Positions 37,683 through 45,668 of a stretch of DNA of 45,668 nucleotides are shown in pieces. Within the stretch, counting starts at the first letter, position 1; each line of letters opens with the position of its first letter. The stretch is from NCBI GenBank assembly GCA_016214025.1, contig JACRPH010000006.1, positions 1 through 45,668 on the forward strand. The letters run 5' to 3'. Below the pieces are notes generated by a model, which was not told the origin of the DNA, did not search any database, and worked only from the letters and a program-made list of their open reading frames with translations. This stretch comes from Candidatus Woesearchaeota archaeon. GTDB lineage: Archaea; Nanobdellota; Nanobdellia; Woesearchaeales; GW2011-AR9. A program made the translations under genes and the position numbers.

Positions 37683-37896
37683 GCGTTAACTTACCTCTCC
37701 TCAGCCCTTCTTTGATCTCCTCGTAAGCGTAGTCCTCTGCACGATGATGAGTTCTTCTGGACATGAGTACTATTAATCGTGCGCCAAACTTAAGAGCCTC
37801 ACTTCTACTGGTAAATTCTCCCTCATCTACAAGAGTATCGATTTCTTGTGCTAATCCCATCGGCAAGGCCACCGGAACTAATTTTCGCTTTAACAT
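37672..37896 (-). CDS. Ribbon-helix-helix (CopG-like) antitoxin
   Basis: VPVALP...IDTLVDEGEFTSRSEAL. Overlaps the PIN gene. Confidence 0.82.
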   Translation of the reverse strand: MLKRKLVPVALPMGLAQEIDTLVDEGEFTSRSEALKFGARLIVLMSRRTHHRAEDYAYEEIKEGLRRGKLTHVS

Positions 37897-38045
37897 GTAT
37901 ACTATAATATACAACTGGTATATAAATATTTAGGTGCAGATGTGCAATTCCTTCCATCAAAACAGCCACAACTCCATCAGTCTTATAAAGCAAAGTATTA
38001 TAAACATTGCCACAGTTAAGTATTTATCTTGGTTAGAGGTTAAAA

Positions 38046-38375
38046 ATGGTAACTGAACTAAATGACAAAAACTTTAACAAAACAATTAAATCTTCTATAC
38101 CCACAATTGTAGATTTCTGGGCAACTTGGTGCGGTCCCTGCCAGATGCTTACACCGGTATTTGAGCAGCTGAGCAAGGATAAAGAATTTGAAGGAAAGTT
38201 AAAATTCGCCAAGTTATCTACTGAAGAGCATCCTGAAGTGGCTGAAACCCAGCATATTACTGGAATCCCTTGCTTGATTGTATTCAAGAACGGAGAAGAA
38301 GTGGATAGGATCATTGGCTTTTACCCAGCTCCGGCATTGAAACGGAAGATTGAAAGCGTGCTGGGAGAGATTTAG
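38046..38375 (+). CDS. trxA: Thioredoxin
   Basis: VDFWATWCGPC, GIP. GAGGT SD. Confidence 0.96.
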   Translation: MVTELNDKNFNKTIKSSIPTIVDFWATWCGPCQMLTPVFEQLSKDKEFEGKLKFAKLSTEEHPEVAETQHITGIPCLIVFKNGEEVDRIIGFYPAPALKRKIESVLGEI

Positions 38376-38440
38376 GAGACAAATAACCTCTATTCTTCAT
38401 CTCCTAAATTCTTATAAACGTAAATTAATCTCGTCTTTCT

Positions 38441-39328
38441 ATGCCACAAAATATTATCGCTTTGCTCTACGATTTCGATTCTACTCTTAGCCCGGAATGC
38501 ATGCAGGAAGCGTTGTTTAAAAAGTATAACGTTGACGGGAACACTTTTTGGGCTGAAAAGCGCGGGCTGATGAAGAATGCCGAAGGCAAAGGAGTAAATT
38601 ACGATACGGAATGTGCGTATATGAATCTTATCCTGCGCTACATCCGCGAGGAAAAATTCCCACCATTGTCTAATTTAGAGCTGCGGGAGTTAGGAAAAGA
38701 AGTTGCATTGTATCCAGGACTTCCTGATTTTCTGCCCAACATCAAAGAGAAAACCGAAGAGAAATATGATGCAGAAGGAATAACTTTAGAGCATTACGTC
38801 ATCAGTACTGGATTAACCGAAATGATAAAAGGCAGTGCCGTAGGTGAATATCTGGAAGAGATTTTTGCTTCGGAGTACAATACTGATGGAAACGGCGTTA
38901 TCTGTGAAATCGCCCGAGCAGTAGGTCACACCAAGAAAACTGAATTCCTGCATTTAATCAACAAAGGCGGGAATAAAGATCCAAGTATTGATGTGAATGG
39001 GATACTGCCGCGAGAACTGAGAAGAATTCCGTTTGAGAATATGGTTTATATTGGAGACGGGCCCACTGATGTGCCTTGTTTTGCTACGTTGAATCATCGC
39101 GGAGGAATAAGCATTGGTGTGTACAATCCTTCTTCTGAGGATGCGTTCCGGAAGGCTTACCAATTAAGAGAGCAAAAAAGAGTGTTCAGCTTTGGCGAAG
39201 CCGATTATCGTGAGGGAAGCCATACTTACAGGACGATTTTACATGCGGTCACTGGAATCGCTGAAAGAATTATCGGCGAGCAGGATGAAACGCAACGAAA
39301 AGGAAGAAGGGAAGGGCCAAGGTTGTAG
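38441..39328 (+). CDS. HAD-superfamily hydrolase
   Basis: YDFDSTL, ISTG, K, YIGDGPTDVPC. Confidence 0.88.
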   Translation: MPQNIIALLYDFDSTLSPECMQEALFKKYNVDGNTFWAEKRGLMKNAEGKGVNYDTECAYMNLILRYIREEKFPPLSNLELRELGKEVALYPGLPDFLPNIKEKTEEKYDAEGITLEHYVISTGLTEMIKGSAVGEYLEEIFASEYNTDGNGVICEIARAVGHTKKTEFLHLINKGGNKDPSIDVNGILPRELRRIPFENMVYIGDGPTDVPCFATLNHRGGISIGVYNPSSEDAFRKAYQLREQKRVFSFGEADYREGSHTYRTILHAVTGIAERIIGEQDETQRKGRREGPRL

Positions 39329-39721
39329 TTAATACAACTCTAAATTTAGCCCTCTTATCCTAGAAAAATCTTTAACATTACGGGTTAGCACGATTTCATT
39401 CTTAATCAATGCAATGCCTGCAATCATGCAATCTATGACATCTATACCTTTTCCGTCTTTTATCAAAGAGCCATCAATTTCTCCGCCTTTCTCGGCAGAG
39501 TCAGAATCCAAGTGCACTACCAATTGTCCACCCAACGTTTTCATGATTTTGTTTCTTTCTTCTACCGGCTTATTACATCTTGCTAACCCGCTAAATAATT
39601 CAAATATGGTTAAAGCAGTTACCGACTGTGGCTCATTCCTTCTAATTAATTCCTGCAATTTTGCTACTGCTCTTTCATCATTATGCATCAAATCGATTAT
39701 AAAAGCAGTATCAGCAATCAT
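39329..39721 (-). CDS. vapC: PIN-domain (VapC) toxin
   Basis: MIADTAFIID, TIFEL, DCMIAGIAL, TRNVKDF. Confidence 0.92.
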   Translation of the reverse strand: MIADTAFIIDLMHNDERAVAKLQELIRRNEPQSVTALTIFELFSGLARCNKPVEERNKIMKTLGGQLVVHLDSDSAEKGGEIDGSLIKDGKGIDVIDCMIAGIALIKNEIVLTRNVKDFSRIRGLNLELY

Positions 39722-39951
39722 TTTAACCTTTCTGCCGTAGCGTCTACCCTATTTCTCATTCTCTTGCGAAGCCCTTTTACATTAGAGCTAAGTTCCACTG
39801 CTTCTTTATCTGATAGTACGCCAACTAGATCTAACATGGAGTTGTGCCGCGTAAGCTTAACAATAACTTCACTAAAGCTTTCGCCCGGCTCTTTGGATAT
39901 GGCTAACCTTTCGTAGGCATCATTCGTAATAGTTATGCATTTGGTGGACAT
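39718..39951 (-). CDS. vapB: VapB antitoxin (archaeal DUF217-like)
   Basis: TKCITITNDAYERL...ESFSEVIVKL. ATGA overlap with vapC. Confidence 0.88.
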   Translation of the reverse strand: MSTKCITITNDAYERLAISKEPGESFSEVIVKLTRHNSMLDLVGVLSDKEAVELSSNVKGLRKRMRNRVDATAERLK

Positions 39952-40026
39952 AACTGGTAAATACATATACATATATTTAAAGGTTGCGTTATTTTTGAAG
40001 GGGTAATTTACTTTCCACTGATTAAG

Positions 40027-40800
40027 TCAACTTGTCGTCATCTCTAGTTCTTGTGCTATTTTTATGAGATCCAGTAATCTATTTTCTCCCAGCGGCAGCA
40101 TTAATTCTGCGCTCTCTGCGGGGGTTCTTTCATGAAGCATACTGTGCGGATTGACATAATTGTGCAGTACTTTGCACAGTGTCGAGGTTGCCTGCGCTCC
40201 CTCATGTGTTTGAAACACATTCAGCGCATCAAATCTTCTGCTCGGTTCTCGATTGTGTCTTTCCACAGCATTGTTATTATGCTTTAATCCAAATTTTTTA
40301 CAAGCAATAGGCACACCAAACTTCATTTTGGTGATTCTGTAAAATAATTTTTTCCATACAGCCTTGTAATTTCCAAATTTATCGGAGACGAACACAATTA
40401 TTTTTCTTTTTTCCACTGGCTTTTTCAATTCTTGCTCATACTGTTCCAGCATCTGCTGATAACACCACTTTTTAATTTGCTCAAGGAAAGCTACACATAC
40501 TTTCAATGTTCGTTTTATGACGACAATTTCCGCAAGAACAAACTTTGTTTTACTATCAATAGCAGTCAGCCGATATTCCCAATGATTTTTTACTCTGGTG
40601 TATTTTTCATCAAAATGGATACGCCCCTTAATCTTTGGAGTACCGAATTTCGGCTCGTTTTTTTTAAGAGATGGGTGTACTTAATCAGCCATTTCCTTAT
40701 CGCCCATCGAGTTACTTTAACACCATCATGTTGCTTATCTTTATAAATAAACCACTGCACCAAGAAAACAGCCTTTCCTTAAGTGGGAATAGCAGTTGAA
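40027..40800 (-). mobile_element. Degenerate IS1/IS6-like DDE transposase with a -1 frameshift site; 5' part decayed
   Basis: HTH fragment QHDGVKVTRWAIRKW, an A8C slippery run (40657-40665), then -1 frame IHFDEKY..AIDSKTK..VSD..NNNAVERHN..YVNPH..TPAE. Confidence 0.78.
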
Positions 40801-40983
40801 ATAAGCCCAAGTAAGCTTAGAATAAACTTAGACCTAAAAATAAGAGCTTAAAAACCTATCCTTTTATTGGATAAAAATACTCGACGTACGAACGTCTCGT
40901 AATATCAAACGCACCGATTGAATCAAATCGCCTCGTTTTTTATTACGATTACTTTGTGCGTTTGATATAATGGAGGAATAAAA

Positions 40984-42279
40984 ATGGCTAAAACCAAAGA
41001 GCACATAAATTTAGTATTTATCGGCCATGTTGACCATGGAAAGTCTACTACGGTAGGCAGGTTGCTGTATGACTCCGGAAATATTGATGAGCAGGCGATG
41101 AGAAAGCTGAAAGAGAAAGCCGAGCAGCTAGGCAAGAAAGGGTTTGAGTTTGCTTTCGTTATGGATACCCTTAAAGAAGAGCAGGAGAGAGGAGTTACCA
41201 TTGATTTGTCTCATAAGAGATTTGACACGGACAAATATTACTTTACTATAATTGATGCGCCGGGGCATAGGGATTTCATCAAGAACATGATAACCGGAGC
41301 ATCCCAAGCTGACTGCGCCGTGCTGGTAATTTCCGGCAATACCGGTGATGGGGTGCAAGCACAGACTATTGAGCATTTAAAGCTATCTAAAATATTTGGC
41401 GTAGGCCAATTGATAATTGCAGTTAATAAGATGGATATGGTAGACTTCTCTGAGAAGAGGTACAATGAAGTTATAGCGGAAGCCAAAGTACATGCTAAGC
41501 AGGCGGGCTGGAATATAGACAAAGTAAAATTCTTGCCTATGGCGGCGCAGGTCGGCGAGAATATTACTAAGAAAACCACTAAGATGCCGTGGTGGACTGG
41601 CGATTGCTTATTGGAAGCGATTAATAAGTTTGAGGTTCCTCAGAAGCCAGTTAATCTGCCGTTGAGAATGCCGTTGCAGGATGTGTATAATATTACCGGC
41701 ATTGGTGTAGTTCCGGTGGGCAGAGTTGAAACCGGTATTATGAAAGTAGGCGATAAAATCATCTTTGTTCCGGGAAGAGAAGGCAAAGGCGTTCACGGAG
41801 AGGTTAAGTCTATTGAAATGCACCATGAGGCTATTCCATTGGCTGAGCCGGGGGACAATGTAGGGTTCAACGTGAGGGGCATTGCCAAGAAAGATGTAGC
41901 CCGAGGAGATGTGGTAGGGCATGAAACTAACCCCCCTAGTGTAGCTACTGAGTTTACGGCTCAGGTGGTTATCTTAAATCATCCTACGGTAGTTACGGTG
42001 GGGTATACTCCTGTATTTCACATCCACAGTTCACAGGTAGCGTGCCAGTTTGTAGAGATTATTAAGAAGATTAATCCTACTAGTGGTGAAGAAATCAAGG
42101 AAGATAAAGACATCCTTAGAAACGGAGATGCGGCCGTGGTTAAGCTAAGGCCGGTACAGCCGGTAGTGATTGAGAAGAACACTGACATCCCGCAGATGAG
42201 CAGATTTGCCATCAGGGATTCCGGACTAACTGTGGCTGCAGGCATGTGCATAGATATGGTCAAGAAACCCATGCAGTAA
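40984..42279 (+). CDS. tuf: Translation elongation factor aEF-1alpha
   Basis: [47 protein letters not shown]. Confidence 0.98.
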   Translation: MAKTKEHINLVFIGHVDHGKSTTVGRLLYDSGNIDEQAMRKLKEKAEQLGKKGFEFAFVMDTLKEEQERGVTIDLSHKRFDTDKYYFTIIDAPGHRDFIKNMITGASQADCAVLVISGNTGDGVQAQTIEHLKLSKIFGVGQLIIAVNKMDMVDFSEKRYNEVIAEAKVHAKQAGWNIDKVKFLPMAAQVGENITKKTTKMPWWTGDCLLEAINKFEVPQKPVNLPLRMPLQDVYNITGIGVVPVGRVETGIMKVGDKIIFVPGREGKGVHGEVKSIEMHHEAIPLAEPGDNVGFNVRGIAKKDVARGDVVGHETNPPSVATEFTAQVVILNHPTVVTVGYTPVFHIHSSQVACQFVEIIKKINPTSGEEIKEDKDILRNGDAAVVKLRPVQPVVIEKNTDIPQMSRFAIRDSGLTVAAGMCIDMVKKPMQ

Positions 42280-42381
42280 AGATTTAATTTTGATTTTATT
42301 ATAATTTTTATCATCAGGGTGAATGAAAAAGGCACGTTAAAACAGATTTTTATCGTGTGGTAAACAAATACAATAACTACA

Positions 42382-42693
42382 ATGGCACAACGGGCAAGAA
42401 TCAAGCTGGCGAGTACGGATATTGATAAGATTAATCAAATCTGCGGCGACATTAAGGATATTGCTGAGAAGACTGGAGTAGAATTGAAAGGCCCGATTCC
42501 ATTGCCTACCAAGAAACTTAAAGTTACCACCCGAAAATCTCCCTGCGGGAATGGAAAAGCCACCTGGGAGCGCTATGAGATGCGGATTCATAAACGATTG
42601 ATTGATTTGAGTGCTGATGAGAGAACGCTTAGGCTGGTGATGAGGGTGCCGATACCTGAAGGGCTTAACATAGAAATTGAGATGGTGGGGTAA
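42382..42693 (+). CDS. rpsJ: 30S ribosomal protein uS10
   Basis: GPIPLPTKKLKVTTRKSPCGNG, MRIHKRLID. Conserved tuf-rpsJ synteny. Confidence 0.97.
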   Translation: MAQRARIKLASTDIDKINQICGDIKDIAEKTGVELKGPIPLPTKKLKVTTRKSPCGNGKATWERYEMRIHKRLIDLSADERTLRLVMRVPIPEGLNIEIEMVG

Positions 42694-42701
42694 GATAATC
42701 A

Positions 42702-42950
42702 TTAATTGTTACTTAAAATTTCTTCTAACCTTATTCTGTAACCTACCACTCTTGCTAGTTCTTTTGAAATTCCTATTTTTTGACAAAACTTTGAAAACCA
42801 ACGATTATTATCATAACATCTAACAAGAGTTTTGATATCTTCTACCTCTTTATGCCTTGCCTCTCGGTAAAATCTCTCAACTTCTTTAGAATAAATTCTA
42901 TCTCCTTCATACTTCGCTGCCATCATTTTTCCACTAAAATATTGAAACAT
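42702..42950 (-). CDS. Hypothetical protein
   Basis: 82-aa AT-rich ORF with no recognised motif. Confidence 0.5.
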   Translation of the reverse strand: MFQYFSGKMMAAKYEGDRIYSKEVERFYREARHKEVEDIKTLVRCYDNNRWFSKFCQKIGISKELARVVGYRIRLEEILSNN

Positions 42951-43086
42951 ATACTCTTAATTTAACCTGTTTTAATAAACTTTATGAAAGATTTAAACTA
43001 TGTTCTACGAACTATATATCACATATGCCAAAGTTTAATAAATTAGTGAGCATAATAAACTGAAATCAAAGATAGGGGGTGTTAAA

Positions 43087-43386
43087 ATGGACAGGAAAAG
43101 TCCTTCCGAATTGGGGGATTTATTGGATCAAATAGATGCTGCACCATTATTGTATGTTAGTAATGATAACATTCCGTACGAAGGTTCTTTTGGTGCTTGT
43201 GTAAGTTGTGGTGGAAAATGTTATAACGGGTGTAAAGCAACAACCGTCTCAGAAATAGAATATAACCTTCCGAACAGACAACCTTCCTTAGATAGGCAAC
43301 AACAGGGTGATAGGGAGAAGATGAATGAGCGCACTAACTTGGATGAGAAAACTGAACGAACACCTCCTTACTCAACAAAAAAGTGA
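43087..43386 (+). CDS. Putative RiPP precursor peptide (leader / Cys-Ser-Gly core / follower)
   Basis: GGGGGTG SD and upstream TTTAATAAA. Core GSFGACVSCGGKCYNGCKATTVS. Lies directly upstream of, and overlaps, ycaO. Confidence 0.7.
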   Translation: MDRKSPSELGDLLDQIDAAPLLYVSNDNIPYEGSFGACVSCGGKCYNGCKATTVSEIEYNLPNRQPSLDRQQQGDREKMNERTNLDEKTERTPPYSTKK

Positions 43387-44572
43387 TCTTACATCATTAG
43401 TTGAACAATTACTGGTCTTACCGATAACAGGTAAATTACAGAAAACTCGTCCATTTAATGATGAGCCTAAATTTATTCAGTATTTCTGCTTGAATGAAGG
43501 AAGATCAGAAGAAGATACAGGTAGCGGGATATTTTTTAATGATGAGATAGCAAAGTTAAAAGCTTTAGCAGAAACCGTGGAGAGATCTGCTTTAGGAGAA
43601 GTTCCTTTAGAACTCCCTTACACCACATATCTCCGGTTAGGTTGTTCTGCAGTAAATCCGTTCTTATGGCATAATTATTCACAAGTTAACGATTTATCAA
43701 CTATACAAAATACACCCCATTTGCCAACTCATTGGACAAAAGCCAAAAACCTTCTTACAAACCAAGAGGTTTTAGTTCCGACGCAATTAGTATATGTACC
43801 CTACACTTTTAGGAAAGAAGAATTAATGCTTTGTGATCCTGTAAGTACGGGAGCAGCTTTTGGTACCTCTTGGGAAGATGCAGTGAAAAGAGGGATACTG
43901 GAATGTGTTGAGCGCGATGCCTTTATGATTAGATATTTTAAGAAAGATAAAGTTCCTCGAGTTACGCATCCAGTAATAGAAGAACTTTCCTCTTATTTTG
44001 CAAGATATCAATTGGAACTGAATATTTTTGATCTTACTAATGATTTAGATATACCTGTAATGTTAGGAATAGTTATAGATAAAACAGGGATAGGTCCAGC
44101 AGTTTCAGCAGGGTTAAAAGTTGATGAAAATCCACTTAATGCCGCGCTTGGAGCAATGCTGGAGGCTCAACATGTAAGGTCCTGGATTAGATTTTCCTAT
44201 CATGCCCAAGGAAAGCCACAAATCCACAATCCGTCTCAAATTATAGATTTAAAGACACGCGGTTTCTATTGGTATGACTTGAGTATGATAAAGCATCTCG
44301 ATTTTCTATTAGAAAACTCAGAAATCAAAGAGATAAGCGGTGAATCATCAAAAGTTAGTTTTAATTTTCTTCTTCAATTATTAAAAGACAAAGAGTATCA
44401 TGTCTTTGGTGTAGACATTAGCCCAGAAATTCCAATAGGCACTGTTGCTAAAGTGCTGATTCCTGAACTGCAACCACTCCGATTGGTTGAATCTCCAGAT
44501 ATTTACACAAGTAAAAGACTTTACGAAAGAGGCATATCAAATTTAAACTCAATTCCCCACCCTTTCACATGA
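43325..44572 (+). CDS. YcaO-family ATP-dependent cyclodehydratase
   Basis: AETVER, STGAAFG, ILECVERDAF, MLEA, C-terminal PHPFT. Confidence 0.93.
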   Translation: MSALTWMRKLNEHLLTQQKSDLTSLVEQLLVLPITGKLQKTRPFNDEPKFIQYFCLNEGRSEEDTGSGIFFNDEIAKLKALAETVERSALGEVPLELPYTTYLRLGCSAVNPFLWHNYSQVNDLSTIQNTPHLPTHWTKAKNLLTNQEVLVPTQLVYVPYTFRKEELMLCDPVSTGAAFGTSWEDAVKRGILECVERDAFMIRYFKKDKVPRVTHPVIEELSSYFARYQLELNIFDLTNDLDIPVMLGIVIDKTGIGPAVSAGLKVDENPLNAALGAMLEAQHVRSWIRFSYHAQGKPQIHNPSQIIDLKTRGFYWYDLSMIKHLDFLLENSEIKEISGESSKVSFNFLLQLLKDKEYHVFGVDISPEIPIGTVAKVLIPELQPLRLVESPDIYTSKRLYERGISNLNSIPHPFT

Positions 44573-45309
44573 ACGACAAAATCAAAAAGTTTTACGAAGA
44601 AGTAACTTCCTCATCCAATCAGTTACCTCTCTCTCCCGATACATGGCCAGAAGAATGGATTAAAGTTTTCTGGAAGACTTACCCCCGACTTCCTCAAGTA
44701 CCTCTAATAAACACAGAACTAAACCTACAAAAAAAGTTACAATCAGTTCTTCTTGGGAGAGAATCATCAAGAGATTATAATACACCAATAAATTTTTTGG
44801 AATTATCTGCTTTATTAAATTTTTCTGCAGGATTAAATGGAAAAGGAAGTAAAGAACAACCAAGAAGAACTTATCCTTCCGCAGGAGCCCGCTATCCTAT
44901 AGAATTATATATTTTCTCAGCAGAGATAGATGGACTGGACAATGGAGCTTATCATTACAATGTTAAACAGAATACTTTAGAATTACTTATTTCGGGAGCG
45001 GTTGATGAAAATATCAATACTATTCTTAAAACTCAACATGAAGATATGTTCAAGAAATTATCCGCCCTGGTTATTTTTACGACAGTTATCTCTCGAACAC
45101 AAATTAAGTATGGTTCATCAGCTTATCCTTTGTCTTTGATAGAATGCGGACATATTGCCCAAAATATATATCTTGTCTCTGAAAATCTAGGGTTGCGATG
45201 TTGTGCCATTGGTGGTTTTGATACACAACATACTTCCGATATACTCGATTTGACAGAAGAAGAGCTGCCTTTATATGGGGTGGTAATCGGAAAATTTAGA
45301 CTTTACTAA
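44569..45309 (+). CDS. SagB/ThcOx/McbC-like FMN-dependent azoline dehydrogenase
   Basis: RESSRDY, RTYPSAGARYPIELY, KY motif (IKYG), ECGHIAQN, IGGF. ATGA overlap with ycaO. Confidence 0.92.
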   Translation: MNDKIKKFYEEVTSSSNQLPLSPDTWPEEWIKVFWKTYPRLPQVPLINTELNLQKKLQSVLLGRESSRDYNTPINFLELSALLNFSAGLNGKGSKEQPRRTYPSAGARYPIELYIFSAEIDGLDNGAYHYNVKQNTLELLISGAVDENINTILKTQHEDMFKKLSALVIFTTVISRTQIKYGSSAYPLSLIECGHIAQNIYLVSENLGLRCCAIGGFDTQHTSDILDLTEEELPLYGVVIGKFRLY

Positions 45310-45667
45310 ACGAAATTAGATTGGAATCATTCCTAAGAATAGCATCTAAAAGAACTGCTCCGATTACATAATATTTATCCTCAGCGTGTGGCCAAGGGTC
45401 AACAATTTGGAATAAATCATCTTTATACCCACAAATGACTACTACATGCCCATAAGGTTGCCCTTTGATATCATCTGGCTTCCAGCATTTTTCTTCCAGA
45501 AAATAACGTTCTCTCGGAGCATTAACTAGTAAAGTATAACAAACTCCCGCAATTAAAGGGTTATGCTGATCTAACTGACTTTTTATTAATTTCTCACTAA
45601 TTGGAGTAAAAACGATTTTTCCACCATTTTCTAAGAAGGAAACGGCTGCCTCAGCATCCTCTCTAAA
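45296..45667 (-). CDS. 3' part of a peptidase C39-like protein (start lies beyond the window; absent from the ORF track)
   Basis: Manual translation ...QHNPLIAGV...DDIKGQPYGHVVVICGYKDDLFQIVDPWP...SKV*. His and Asp motifs of the C39-like fold. The catalytic Cys is outside the window. Confidence 0.75.
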   Translation of the reverse strand, partial: FREDAEAAVSFLENGGKIVFTPISEKLIKSQLDQHNPLIAGVCYTLLVNAPRERYFLEEKCWKPDDIKGQPYGHVVVICGYKDDLFQIVDPWPHAEDKYYVIGAVLLDAILRNDSNLISFSKV

Positions 45668-45668
45668 A

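Noticed and set aside
41128-42702. Several long antisense ORFs over tuf and rpsJ (similar ones lie over prs, hsdR, SRP54 and the S8 genes)
   Set aside because: Shadow frames of conserved genes.
43325-44572. YcaO as a uS12/McrA-type protein-modifying or thioamidating enzyme, given the nearby ribosomal genes
   Set aside because: There is no TfuA in the window, and the coupled SagB-type dehydrogenase, PHP tail and Cys-rich peptide favour azole formation.
1-45668. CRISPR arrays, tRNA or rRNA genes
   Set aside because: No regularly spaced repeats or recognisable tRNA/rRNA signatures were seen by eye. tRNAscan-SE or Infernal would be needed to exclude them fully.

Overview
Chromosomal window from an archaeon, most likely a DPANN/Woesearchaeales-type organism. 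This is inferred from aEF-1alpha-uS10, SRP54, an extended eL41, a class III-like PRPP synthase and TATA-type promoters. It begins with a complete-looking IS (142-1940) with terminal inverted repeats. Next are two paralogous, membrane-anchored S8 proteases that bracket a type I restriction-modification island (hsdM-yhcG-hsdS-orf-pRiA4b-hsdR-ygjP). The middle holds housekeeping and accessory genes: sppA, a methyltransferase, SemiSWEET, a transglutaminase-like protein, a metallophosphoesterase, two HD proteins with an AbrB-PhoU regulator, a MepA-like peptidoglycan endopeptidase, purF, SRP54, a DEAD-box helicase, two vapBC pairs, trxA and an IS1-like remnant. The most interesting signal is two putative RiPP loci about 14 kb apart. 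Their precursor peptides share the pattern DRK..GDL..YxGS..CxxCGGxC..C, yet one sits beside a radical SAM gene and the other beside YcaO + SagB-type dehydrogenase + a C39-like peptidase. Several genes, including the essential SRP54, carry clean internal deletions that probably reflect assembly gaps. Broken genes here should therefore be read cautiously. All family assignments come from motif recognition by eye, not database searches.
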